A stretch of 63,886 bases of DNA, filler included, from Atractiella rhizophila (GCA_021432655.1; 14 parts of 14 records of this genome joined end to end with filler, not necessarily neighbours in it); one strand, 5' to 3'. Positions 26,088 through 38,991 are shown, counted from the whole stretch's first letter. Notes: generated by a model from the sequence alone, not told the origin. Program-made: numbers and translations.

Positions 26088-26773
26088 GCGATTAGTATTT
26101 ATAGATGAGTATGGTAGTCAGTGGACTGGTAATAGGTACGCCCTACATCATTACATTCTTCATCCACGAGATTGCGAATTTGAACAAAGACCGGCGAATA
26201 GTGCGCAATTTCAGTTTTGAGGATCTGTGGAACAGTAGAAATATTATCATCCCTTGCCGTCCTCTCTTTTCCTTCAACCTTGGGCTTTCACTTCGATACA
26301 CCTCCACATCACAGTCGTGGGCTTTCTCTGTATGCCTATGCCTCTCTCTATCTCCTTCGTTCGAACTCAAGACAAAAGCGACCTGCGGTTGTATTTACGC
26401 ATGTACCTATTCGCTGCTAATCTACATCCTGCTTCCACATCTTACTGCACCCCATTTTCAACTTTTCAACTTGGTATTGAAATTTTGAAAGGGATAAGCA
26501 GTGTGCAAATGAATCTTACTGTATGGGTTTGAAATCTACGCATGAATGATAAAATGATAGACCCGAAATGATGGCACGTAATTTCGTCCCCTTGTCCAAG
26601 AGTGCGGTTCCGATTGTGAGTGTCGGACGACCAAGATTATCACCTTCCATTCCAGTTTCAGCTGTAAGACCCCTCCTTCGCCCTGTTCCCGTCGATATAT
26701 ATACATGCCACCATAAATCTGCCCTTCCTTCCACCTACGAACCCCATATCCTGCCCACAACCAACGCACCGTC

Positions 26774-27759
26774 ATGTCGTCCAACTTTCTGTTCTTCTCG
26801 TCGTCCACCGTTTCCACTGCTTCGTCCTCTTCCTCTTCCTTGGCTACTTCACTCAGCTCAGCTTTGTCGGTCTCTACCCAGGATGGTACCCCAGCGGGAA
26901 GTAACGTGATCGGAGTGACAAAGGGGAGAAACAGCATCTTCGACTGCTCGTTCACCATTCAGGAACCCTTTTGTCCGCCCAAACCGTTGCGCCAGCAGAC
27001 ATCCTTGCCCTCGCCAGCTTCAAACGCAGTGGATGTTTCAGGGCCAGGGTCTGAGAGTGGCTGTATGGAGAAACCCTGTGGCCGTGTGCACTCTGGTGCA
27101 GTTGTATTGCACCCGCAAAGAAGGAAAGCCAAGACAGGGTTGGTAGTAACGATCGGAGCATCTTCTACGTCAAGGGTGCGTCCTCCATTACGTCTCTCTG
27201 CAAAGGGCAGAAAAAGTTGAAGGGCTGTCCGGCGGAGCAGCGGGAAGAATTCTCAGACGTCTTCGAGTCCGAGGACGATGAGAAAAGCGACAAGCCGTCT
27301 CCGGGAGATGCCACTGACTCCTTCTCGCCGGCGGAGACGCAGTCCTACCCTTTCCCTCCGCCCTCCAACCAACCCTGCCACCGCTCTCCGCTCCCTCTCC
27401 GTTCCGCATTGCGTCGTCCTGACGTCCCTTCCCGGAACCTGCACCTGTCACCAACTCCTTCGTCCTCCCAATCCTCCTCTCCCCTCTCCAGTCCTTCCAG
27501 CACTACTTCCCAGCTTTGTGCTCCTCCGTCCATCGTACGGTTCGACGAGTCTCCCTCACCTACGATTCTGACTTGGTCCCAAGACGACTATCCAGGACGG
27601 AGAGGGGATCCCCCCAAGACGAGACTGAGTTTTACGGAGGCGGTAGAGTTTAGAGAGTTCAAGAAAGGGATGGAAGTGTGGAGAGAAGAGGTGGAAGGAC
27701 GAGGGAGGGGGATGGGAACGCTCAAATTGCCGAATCATACAGAGGGTGGTGGATTGTGA
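26774..27759 (+). CDS. Low-complexity protein with a Bni4-like PP1-docking C-terminus
   Basis: A GTGCGT...CAG intron (about 27175-27240) joins the two ORFs. C-terminal RSALRR ... IVRF ... TWSQDDY.GRRG ... EFREFK. Confidence 0.5.
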
Positions 27760-28339
27760 TGGACTGAGCGTAGCGGCTGTTGATGGGGTGTGGAGTGCTT
27801 GATGGAGTTTGTGCTTGACTTTTGAGAGGATGAAGCGCACGTTCATTTCGTATTCACGATATTTATCCGCACACTCTAACATTAATGCGTCACCTATTTT
27901 CGTTGTCCATCCATCCATCCATTTCCATAGATTTCGGTTTATGGTTCTCTGTTCATCGCATACATGACTTGGCTTATCTCTTTCCCGTTTCCCGTCTATA
28001 TTCCATCGTCCTTCCACATTTTGGCTCACTCTTGGAAGGACCCTTTGGCTTCCTTTATCAAGTTGATATTTGACTGTGGACCCGTTCTCCTGCCTTTCTT
28101 CTGTTTGAGGTTTGAACTTTGATGGACGCCAATTTGTCTATTCTTCACAATACCTGGGTTTCAAGGACGCTAAGGACAAGATATTGTATTTTTTACCTCT
28201 TCCTCGTCTCCTTCACAATAGTCCTGGTAGAGCATTCTAAATCCTTGTAAGTTTCTACAACAACAGATCCCTTCTATTCCATTCCAGTAACATGACAGAA
28301 CACTGATACACCTCTTGTATGTGTGGATACAGGTCTTGT

Positions 28340-29290
28340 TCAAAAGAACTTCGCTCCCTCTTCCCCTTCACCCCCTCCTCCAGTATCTTTAAACACTTGC
28401 GCCTTCCCCTGTTTGATTAGACCCTGTAAAGAGCGCCGAAGAAGGGAGTAGGGCATGAGGTGGAATTCTGTCCCGTCCAACCCACCCACGTTCGTTAGTA
28501 TCAGTTTGGCGAGAGATCAGATCAAGATAATTAAATGTATGAAATATCTTTGATACATTTTCGAGTGTGTGCGTGTAAGGAGGGAGAGCCCGTCTAATAC
28601 TGCAGAAAGCAGGCTACGGTCCCAGCATGGGGAGGGAGAGAGAGCGTATGGGCGGGAGAGCAGGCAAACACGAGAAGGAGGGGAGGACGAACCGGTGGTA
28701 TGTGCGAGCGTGCCGCCTGTTGTGAGCTCGTAAAAAGTCATGATGGTGCCTCCCAGCCCATTCTCTACGATCTAAGCCAGAAACACAATTGGTCAGGTTT
28801 GTTTGCGTGCAGATAGAAAGGAGAAACCGCGCACCCAGTGGTAGATCACCTCTCCCCATTCTTCTGGCCGCCGCCAGTAGATGAACACGCTGCTCGACTT
28901 GGTTTTGGGAGATGGGGAATCGTATGCCGCTGAACCTATCTCGCACGAGACAGGAAGAGACTATCAGGTCATTTGTTGATTGATAGAGAGAAGAAAGAAC
29001 GTTACCTGCAGCGACGAGAGACTGGATAATATCGTCCGCAAAAGCGAGGGAGACTCTGCCTATCCTCCAAGCAACCAAAGGTCCGAGGGGTCAGCAGACC
29101 TTTCTATCTAAAAAGTAACGGTGAGTAAGCGCAAAGACACACGTTGAGTCTTTTCGTTCCCCCACAGCTCCTTCGCCTCTCCTCCAGTGATTGCTCCCTC
29201 CGTGATATCTAGTCGGAAGAGGCGATGAAAGCGGCAGTAAGACAAGATGAGCTGGGACCAGATCGCAAGTTGATGGGCTTGTGAGGAGGC
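28340..29290 (-). CDS. VPS25: ESCRT-II subunit Vps25, 5' truncated, 4 introns
   Basis: Spliced reading: QLAIWSQLILSYCRFHRLFRL...FIYWRRPEEWGEVIYHW...TIMTFYEL...LLRRSLQGLIKQGKAQVF...EGAKFF*. The ORF track largely misses it. Confidence 0.9.
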
Positions 29291-29390
29291 NNNNNNNNNN
29301 NNNNNNNNNNNNNNNNNNNNNNNNNNNNNNNNNNTTAATTAATTAANNNNNNNNNNNNNNNNNNNNNNNNNNNNNNNNNNNNNNNNNNNN

Positions 29391-30364
29391 GAAGAAAGAA
29401 ATCGAAATTGAACGGTTCGAAGAAGAAGGCGCGACTGGGCCGTTTGAGACAAAAGCAATCAACGATTTATTGGTCCCCGTACCAAACGCTACTGCCACTT
29501 ACGCCTTTCCGAGAACTGAGGAAGACGTGTCGTGCGTTATGCTGACAGATTATTTTCAAGGCTGATATCAGCAATAGTTTGCATGTCAATTGTGACATTA
29601 TCAGCCCAGTCTTTCAGGCATTGGGCAAGATAATACGTGCCATTCACCCAAACACCACCCGCAAGCAGAAAACAGATGTCAGCAAGTCGGTGATGCTAGA
29701 ATGTCGCTCTGAGGTGCACAAGTCAACGCCGGATGGATTCTCTAGTGCGTAGTATGAGAACGAGACTGCAGACATCACTGATGTAATTCATCTGATAGCT
29801 CGAGTTGACCTCCTGATTGGTTTTTTTACAGAAGATGTTTTAGCTGCTATGACCATGGAGGAAAACCCAAAGGCGGAACCGCCGGCTAACAAATCTGAAG
29901 GCTCTTCCAAAGGAACTGAACCAAACAATATTGCTACATCCCTTTTAGAAGTCAAAGCAAGTCAGTCCTTTCTCCTACAGCGCAGAAAACTCAATGGCAT
30001 CCATAGAAACATGGTGTCGTCCATATTAAACATTTTTCAGAGATCCAGACTCAGTTTGAAAACTGGGGCAAACTCAAAAGGGACACATAAACGTTTTCTC
30101 GACAACTGGCTTACCACAATCTCAGCAGAGAATCCGCTTCGTTTCATCTACCCTCAAGTGCTGCGATACAACGAAACTCACAACACCAAATATGGTGCAT
30201 TGACGGATCATGATCTGACGACCTTAATCTATGTGGAACCGAGTAAAACGGGCAATTTAGATGTCTACTGGAGCCCGGTTCCACAGGACAATGTGATATT
30301 TGCCTTCGCCTTCTACAATTGGCTCGCCTTGAAGGCGAAGGACTGGATCACAATGGGCTTTTGA
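29391..30364 (+). CDS. Hypothetical protein with a PD-(D/E)xK restriction-endonuclease-like signature, 5' truncated
   Basis: STPDG (about 29725), LLEVKA (about 29945), QVLRY...KYGALTD...TLI. The exon joins are inferred. Confidence 0.45.
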
Positions 30365-30824
30365 GGAAGCAACGTAAAGAAGTACTATTGCCTTTGAAGT
30401 GATGAATTCGTCAATGACGAACACGAAACTATTCGGTGCGGAAAGCCACGCCTTGCACCTTGCACTGAGGTACTAAATGAGCGAATGTAAAAGAGTAGTA
30501 GAGAAGCGAACACGCCGCTGATGATTTCCCATCAAATTAAAGCACGAAACTTACTAAGGATTCACTGAAGAAAGCTACACTGCATACTCAGCAGGACCCT
30601 GCACACCCTGCGAACCACCTAACTTCTAACCTAGCTTCCCAAAAACAACAGAAATGGTCCGCTCCACACGACCCTCAGGGGGACGACATGGCGGTCATGT
30701 GATAGTCGTGGTGCGATTAACACTTGCACTAACATGATCTACAACGAGTCTTTTTAGTACACAATTTCCGACCTGTGTGATTCAAGGCCAGCAAGGGACC
30801 TTTGATGACAGGTGAGCAGAAACT

Positions 30825-33442
30825 TCAAATCAAAACGGCCTCATCAGCACGATAGCCTAAGTCATGGTCGTGAGGAAGAGATCTCCAGTTGAATCGTGAA
30901 TGCGGTGAGATGTTGTCTTGTGGCTTGTGGTCACAGTTATTACTACGTCCACTTCTGAAGAATGTTTAAAGTTTCATCATGACATTCCCCAAGTAATGTT
31001 GTGATACCCAAAATCCTTTGTTCTCAACACCGTCCATGCACCAGTGAGCCCAAGCTCTGGATGAACTGTTTCATTCTGCCAGCACAGAGCGTCGGCAAGC
31101 AAGCTCAACATGCAAGAAGAGTCATAGTTGGAGGAAATATCCCAGGCTAAATCCGCCAAAAGAGTACTGTCGTCCATCCTCACTTCACTTGCCATTCCAA
31201 AGTCCAAAATCACAATTTCGGGACACTGGTCTGGCGAAGTGGAGGGACAAATGAGTTGATCTGGTCGTTGAACCAAATCACCGTGAACGATTCCTAATAG
31301 ATAGATAGCTGCAATCCCAATCATGCCCTTGGTGAACTATTCAAGTATTAGTCTAGCGGAGGCTGCAGAAAGACACTTACAAAAGCCTGCTGCCCCGCAT
31401 CCGGCAAATTTTTAACATCAGCTTCATGAAGACACGGGCCATCTACAAACTCCATCAAATGTGCTTTCGCCACAGTTCTGTCACTCAGTTGGACCTAGGC
31501 GTACTCAGCAAGAAAGGGGGAGGAAGGGGGAAAGACCAACACTGTAGAAACCATATGATCTGGGAATGGTCGATCCTTGAAGCAAGCGTAGGGTGGAGTA
31601 CGCCGATAGCTCCTTCTCCATTGAAACATCGGCATCCGGCCAACGACGCAGGTGTAGATCTAGCATTTCTGGGCCATCCCGGTCCCACGCAGGATACGGA
31701 AACAAACGCTCGTCGTAAATTTTGAGAACAAGCGGTGATGTTTCTCCCTCGACACGAACCAGAAAAGTCTGACCATGGAGTTCTTCTCCTGAGCGCAATG
31801 AGCGAAGTAGTTTGATGCGACTGCCTTCCTGGAGAGCAGTAAAGGAAACAGGAGAAGGGCGAACAGATTGGGTTGCATGAAACAGGATGTTTTGGTGCCA
31901 CTGCACCATTGAATCACTCGCGGTGACAAGTAAAGGTGGGACGTTAACGGCTTCGGGAGTCGATAGCACAGAAACGACGCCAACTTCTGCGTCCGTAAAA
32001 TCTAGGCTATCTAGCCAGCACACTCCAGCTTCTATTCGATTTATGTGCCAGCATGGAATGCCATTTTGGAATGTGGTGGGATATGTCTGAATGTCATAAA
32101 GATCAAAATCTGAAAGTCTGGTGTGCGAAGATATGTCAATATTGCAGTTCGCCTTCGGATCTCTCGTGCAACCGAGTACTTGCGTATGAGGGAAACAAGC
32201 AGGTCCAGTTTGGTTCGAGAATTTAGAAGTGTCCCATTTGAGGGAAAATATTTCGCTCAAAAGAGCGAGAACCTGGAAATAAGGGCTTGGCTCAAAAGCG
32301 CACTCAAAGTCGTAGGATTCTCGAAAGATGACTGACGACCTGAAATCTAAAATGGCGTAGAACTGGTGTCGATCCGAATTGTTAGATAAGGATGTCAGAA
32401 ACGAGCCCCAATTCCGCGCAACGGCACCAGGCTTGTCCAGCGAGTCGTAATCTTCCCAATCTTCAGCTACCAGTGAGGGAGATGGCTGGTATGAGTCTTG
32501 ATCTGTGCTCCTATCCAAAGTTGTAGATAGTTACACTCACAAGGAGCACTAGAGCCATCAAAACGTGCTCATCCGACTTTATGCGAACAATGTCCAACGA
32601 CGTACCTGCAGGACTGTGTGTGTTAGAATCCCTCAAAGAGTTGTATAAACGCACGAGAATCTCTGCCTATTACAACCGTCGGAGGAGCTGATGCCCTTGC
32701 CGGATACATGTATTGCAGAAACACCAGCAGATCTTCAACAAAGTTGGCAGTTCGTTCCAGGCTGTTGCTTTCGTCAGTCAACTATTCTCATTGTGCCATT
32801 GGCGTACCGTTCTGCTACGTTCCAAACCACAACCGTTTCCCAAAATGCAGCTTTGATGGTGAGGGGCAGTATGTCCAAATCGATTCGAAAGTGGTCGATA
32901 TATGTGACGTCGACATTCTTGTCAGTTTCGCGGCTCGGTATGCTGTGGAAATATGGCCCTATGTCGCTGGTTCGTGACTGACCATCTACCGTCTCATTTT
33001 CCCAGCTTAAGGGGTCCTCTGAAGGATGTTCAGACGAAGATGGAAGCGGGAGTAGAAATGCCTTCAATCGAAAATTTGGGAAACTGGCGGAATCCATGAC
33101 GTATTCTGCACCTAGCATCAACACGCTGAATGGCACCAGGATGGAGGAAGAATCATGGAGAAACAATAACCTAAATGTGTAAGTGATAGCGGACAGCGAA
33201 TGGAAGGTTTCACCGCTATGAAGCAGGGATGCCAAAAGACAAAGAGCTTGAACCATGCACCTCAACGAATGCAGACGGGCGACCTCGTCAGAGCGAACCG
33301 GCCAAGACCTGGGTGGAAGACCCGAGATCAATGTCTGGATCAAATGACTTGCACAAAATTCTGGGGCAAGAACATCTCCCAAATAGCTTCTTCTAAGGGT
33401 GCACAATTCAACAAACAGGTCATGCATAGTGTCAGATAGCAA
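30825..33442 (-). CDS. Fungal protein-kinase-like (PKL) protein with a long N-terminal region (ends approximate)
   Basis: LVLKIYDE, ELSAYSTLRLLQGSTIPRSYGFY, GIVHGDL and VILDFGMA, spread over ORFs 32774-33442, 31505-32518 and 30977-31324. Confidence 0.8.
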
Positions 33443-34197
33443 CCCACTCGCAGTGTCAGTTCAAAGTGAGGCTCCAATATATCAACGACGCCTTCGAATG
33501 AAGATGCTGAAGCAAAATTTTGAGTCTTCCAAGCTAGGTAGAGTGTCTATCGAGCTGAATAAGAGCCTAAGACCCAAGGTCACTTCCCTCGATAACGCCT
33601 CCAGTACCAGCCAAACTGCAAACTGCCTGACCTCGCACGACGAATACGCATTGTCCCCAGTCTAACCATCCACTTTTCTCCACCGCTCAAATTATCTTAC
33701 GAAATCGCAAGGGCACAGAGAGGTGAAGTCAAATCTAGTGCAGTTCCACAAGATCGAATAGCGGGCATTCAAACACTGTGACACGAAAGTCACTCACGCC
33801 ATTAACGACTCTTCAGAGTCGTCGACAGAAGATATCGATGTCACTCAGTTCAAAGAGAGAAAGATAGCGTAGCTGTATAGCGTGGGAGAAAGTCATCAAC
33901 CACTTGTTAGTCCTCAACGCGACCGCTACTTGTGCCTTTCCAAAATGAGGATGGCGTGTCCTGTAGTATTCATATTTTAGCACTGGTATAAGCGTAACAA
34001 TTCGCTGTACTCTCCTCAAGTACTTCCATACAACGAGAGGCAGAGCATGAGCTACGGCGCTTTGATTTGACCAGCCTAATGCATTCCATCTATTTGGNNN
34101 NNNNNNNNNNNNNNNNNNNNNNNNNNNNNNNNNNNNNNNNNTTAATTAATTAANNNNNNNNNNNNNNNNNNNNNNNNNNNNNNNNNNNNNNNNNNNN

Positions 34198-37041
34198 GTT
34201 GAAGCTTGAGAAGGTGAAAAAGGTTCTTCCCCCGGTGGATTCAACGTCGAAAGAGCGTGTGGGAGGCATGGTAGCAAAGGCCCTGGCCCCTGGAACAGGC
34301 TCTGAATCTTCCGGAGAAGATTGCATCAAAAGGCCAGTGAAACCATACCGTCCAATTATCAGCAAAGAAGATGCCGAAGACCTTGGGATCTTTTGGGAAC
34401 GTACACAAGCAGCCGCCTCAACGAGAAGTGGCATTCAGAACAACCTCCTTGATCCCGTCCAGCAGCTACATCAGCTGGTCTTCGATGAAATTGATGATAG
34501 TGTTATTGGAGCGACTCAGTTGTCTAGCGTGGTTGCCGCTGTCATCCGAAATGAACCCAACCTCTACTCAAAAACCTACCTGGACACTACGAAGTCGATC
34601 AAGAACCAGATGGGCCTCTGCAAACTGTCCATCTTCCGAACATCCTGTGCAAACTCGAGGCAGATTACAGCTCAGTTCTTTGCCTTGGGAAGAACGAATA
34701 TGAGCGGGAGTGTCTATAAATGTGATGGCGAGCGTAATGAGGATGGAGGCCAGATTATTAAGAGGGGAATAAAAAGGAAGGACAGTATCACGGATCTGTC
34801 ATGCTGACAGAGAAGAGAAATAGGGTGGAGAGTGTGAATGCAGAGCATGGTGAGCATCTCTCTCCTTGGACCAAATTGGGCCAAAGAGGATCAGGGCTTG
34901 AAGAAGGCTGTGGTACCATCGCTACGGCAGTGAGAGTGGTGGAGAGGACTATGAAGAGGAAGCTAGATCTAATTGCTCAGCATATAGGCGAACCTTCCGA
35001 ATGACCCACTTCACAGGGTCAGGGCCAGCTAGAACATGTTGCTCCAGAGGCAGAATTACTCTACCTCTATGTGCTGACACTATTAAGGGATCAATTGGTC
35101 TGTATTTTGTTTGACATGCCATTCTTTGCTATTTGAAACTAACAGGACAATAGATGAGCTCAAGGGAATGGTTGCTGACAATAATTGTCTCATCAACCTC
35201 AAAGCACTGGCCGCATTGATCGAAGACGGCGTCCTACCTCTCTGCCATGCACATTCTTGCACTATCGATAGCGAAACGCTTGCACAATCCGCAACAAAAC
35301 GTCTTCTCATCACCATAACATCGGCGGAATGTGATATCAACCTCCCAATCGATGCAGACAAGGACGATTATACCTCTGAAGACTTATGAAACAATCCTCA
35401 AGGGGATATGCTGGGCCATAACAGCCTCGGTGAGGAGACACTGTTCTGCTTGAGGAAGTGGAAGAATGTGGGTTCATGGAAAGCGATTTCGGAGCTGCTT
35501 CAAGCTATAGTGAAGAATGCGAAGGTTGCACAACCATTATGCAAGCGATGGAAGGAGGCATATCCGGATTCGACGGATGTGACACCGTTGCTTCTGAACT
35601 TCAGCTGTGTAGGGAGGCTGGCTGAGAGTCTGAGGCTTAGCTGGAGGGCAGTGGTAGCAACACCATTTCTGTGAGTCCCGCTTTTTCCTTTCAACAGGAT
35701 TGTCTTACTGGATTAGGATGTGCATTCAGCCAAAGATCTCAAGAACATTATGGCGACAGGCAAGTACTGGAAAGCATTGTTAGAAAGGTCACAGCAGCAT
35801 ACAGATCCTGTGTCCACCATGTCAAAGGAGAAAACCTCAAAGCCGAAAAACATCAATTTCCACAGAGCCCACTCCGTTCTACTCTTCATTACCTGCCTCC
35901 ACCTTCTCTGTGAATCAACAATGTTGTCCCTCCTCCTGAACAAGGCGACACTTTCATTCTAACATTGCAACAGGGTCATGATGTTCCTATTCCTCCTCCT
36001 ACCGACAATCATCTTCCTCCTCCAACGCCGCAAGAATGCGGTATCACTCCTATGTTGCCACGTAGCAATATTTCTCACTTCCTACCTGCCCCCTGTAGCG
36101 AAGGTCCCCACCTGGACATATTGCACCACCGTCAGACATTCGGCCCTTGCTGCTCACGCTGGGGCAGGTGGGACAGGCAAATGGGATTGGCGCAAACAAG
36201 AAGAGAAGAGGAAAGTCTCAGAAGAAAGAAGAGAACTCGGATGCTCTGCTTCCAGAGGAAGTTGCATCACTGAGGGAGGATGTCGAGAAACTTAGACCGT
36301 TGCTCGACAAGCAGGATATGATGGCACAGCTGGTTGAGGCCAAAAAAAAAAGCAAAAGAGAACCATTGGAATGCGGAGCACTGGAAGAAAATGTTACAAA
36401 ACCAAGTGAGTAGTCCGTATTTCCTAGCTAGTTTCTCAACAGAGAATAGGAGTACGACGTAGGAGTTATGATTATGAAATTTAATTCCATCGACAAAAGG
36501 ATATTGGAGCTTCTTCGACTACTCAAAGGCGGCCAGGACGATCAGGAACGTGTTGCTAGTACTAGTGGAAGTGGCGGAGGGAGTGGAGGTAACGGTGCAG
36601 GAACATGAGAGGGGCTTCGGCTGTTAAGACCACAATAATATGGCACATTTGGTGTTTGAGGAGAAAGAGGGATTAGGGAGGGGAACAGGGGAGATGGCGA
36701 TGGGAGTATCACTGTGTAGATCAGGGGTAAAGACTGTGGTGGAATCAATCCATTTCCATTATGCTCCCGTATAACTGAGCAGTGACTGGAGTGCGACTGG
36801 ACCCTCGCTAAAGCTGCACTAACCGTGCACTGTTTTACGCGCTAGATTGGCACTACATTGCACTAACAGTACACTAAAGGCACTGAATATTCGATTTACA
36901 CATGAGCACTAACTGCAACACTAACAGGGCACCAGACGCACAAAACTGGCACTGCTGCGGAGCCAAAAAATCGGCCCTAAACCATCTCTAAACCAGCACC
37001 GTTCTAGGCCTGCACTGGACCAGCCCTGCAAGGTTCCAGGG
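34198..37041 (+). mobile_element. Degraded DUF6589-like (putative Academ-related) element with a candidate right terminus
   Basis: Weak motif order (CANSRQITAQFF; VADNN; NVGSWKAISELL; NFHRAHSVL; GGTGKWDWRKQEE) with stops and frameshifts. It is followed by a CACT-rich subterminal array ending in CAGGG at 37041. Confidence 0.4.
36810..37020 (+). repeat. Dispersed array of about 10 (G/A)CACT(A/G) motifs, subterminal-repeat-like
   Basis: GCACTAAC, GCACTG, GCACTAC, GCACTAAC, ACACTAA, GCACTGAA, GCACTAAC, ACACTAAC, GCACTG, GCACTG within about 210 nt. Confidence 0.75.
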
Positions 37042-37199
37042 AATGATTCATCATGGACATAATTTAGACTAATCCAGGGTCTATGAAAAGGAATGTGTCT
37101 GTCTCTAAAGCAAAAAAAAAAAATTAAAGATATAGATATGTCGAAACTTGACATGTGATCGCACCTTCCGACATCAATATCCAATGTATTTTCCTGTTA

Positions 37200-37675
37200 T
37201 AGAGATGTCGACGAGTATGGTACTCGTGGGTACTTGTGCCACAGGTACCTGTGCACAACAAGTTACAAATCAGCTACAGTGGGTAAATTTTCATCAGGGG
37301 TAGCCGTTCATGTTCCCTGCTAAGTACCTAAGAGTACTCGTAAGCAGATGTCCTGAAACGGTAGGTACGCGTGGGGTACTTGTTTGAAAGAGTTGAAGAG
37401 AGTTTTATATCAATTTTTGGTCTTTTTCACATTCAAAATGGCTCTATCTGGCTCTGAGATACAAGTAACAGTGGTGTTTAAGCCATAAGTAATGTATAAT
37501 GAGTCATCTATGTAAACTAATGTGCCTAAACTGGATAATTATGTTGACAAGTAAAGTCTAAGTTAATACAAGGGTACCCGTGAGTAGTACTCATGAGTAC
37601 AAGGGTGCCTGTTTCAAAGGTCACAACAAGTTACAAATCAGGCTCTAATCTGATCGATACTCGTTGGCATCTCTA
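37200..37675. mobile_element. Complete 476-bp hAT-family MITE
   Basis: TIRs TAGAGATGTCGACGAGTAT / TAGAGATGCCAACGAGTAT (17/19). Perfect 8-bp TSD TCCTGTTA at 37192-37199 and 37676-37683. GTAC-rich subterminal repeats. 20-bp direct repeat CACAACAAGTTACAAATCAG at 37254 and 37622. Confidence 0.93.
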
Positions 37676-37683
37676 TCCTGTTA

Positions 37684-38891
37684 AGTCTTGAACGTAACGT
37701 GTATGATGCTGTTGTTGCCCTGTATATTGAGTGCCTGGATCCAGGATTCAAGTCAGTTCCATACACCCAAACCAAAAGATTAAAAGAAGCTTGCCTTTCG
37801 AATCTAATATGCGCATTCCAACACTCTGAACTCTGAGTTCCATCGAGTCTGGGTTTTCTTTAATGGTTTCAACCCACGTAGGGGATCATCATGGTTATAA
37901 ACAGTCAGAGCTACCTTCAAAAATACTGATTGTCGTTCCAATGAATGTCGAATCATTGCGCAGAGGGTGAGAACCTGTCAGGAACGCAAGTCAATTTTCG
38001 GATCATTATGGCTGCCGACATACCTTTGTTCGAGCCGCTCGAAATGATGCGGTCAGAGCAATGTCCCCCCCTGTGACATCCTCCATCTCAAGCTCCATCT
38101 CATCGCATCCCAACTCCACACTCGTAGGTGAGATGCTGTCATCATCCTCATCCTTGTCATCATTGCAAGCTGGAGCTGGTTCGGTGACATCTGGATCTGG
38201 AGCATCTAATGGGATTGCTCGCGTTGACTCGTCAGGTACGGGAGCAGCTCCTAGTGAAGCAAGTAGAGCTTGTGCAGCAAGATGGATGGGATGACACGCA
38301 CAACTTCAGCGGCGTCAAGATCGATGGCATGACGTGCACATCCACTGAAGTTGAGCGTGTCATTCCATCCATCTTGCCGTCCAAGAATCACCAGTTCCAG
38401 ACCAAGGTATGTCAATGCAGACAATCCGTTCGAAAGCATGATCACAACCGATATTCACTATAAAAGCCTTTAGCCTTGTATCCGAATTATAATCACAGAA
38501 CCAAAATGAACATACTCAGCTTGTCCAGAATCCTTCTATCTTGACAGACCTCACATTTTTTTGGCAAGGACCAAACCAGTCGCAGAGTTGCGCAGGACCG
38601 AGCACTGTAAAACTCTTTCGTGCTTGATCTAATCATCGTCAATGAAATGCCCATTATCCTAACGATATGGTAAAGAGATCCATTGATTGTCCAGCTGTCA
38701 ATCTCAATATGGATTGCAGTGGGATGTGCCTGACACAAACATCAGGTAAGAATGTGCACACAGACAAAGAAAAGCAACATACATCAATTTCTTCTTGCAT
38801 GCTCTTTTTCAGCCTATCGTACAACCGTCCTGACCACTCCTCCGCTGCAGTCGACCCTTATATCGATAGTCCAGTCCTCGCCAATTGGAAC
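37684..38891 (-). mobile_element. hAT transposase pseudogene
   Basis: IHIEIDSWT...HFIDDD (first catalytic D), IGCDHA (second D), CACHPIHLAAQ (CxxH) and TQTRWNS, with frameshifts and stops. Confidence 0.85.
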
Positions 38892-38991
38892 NNNNNNNNN
38901 NNNNNNNNNNNNNNNNNNNNNNNNNNNNNNNNNNNTTAATTAATTAANNNNNNNNNNNNNNNNNNNNNNNNNNNNNNNNNNNNNNNNNNNN

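Noticed and set aside
37684..38500. Initial reading as Copia reverse transcriptase (YKAKGF)
   Set aside because: The surrounding DSWT, CDHA, CxxH and TRWNS motifs show it is a hAT transposase.
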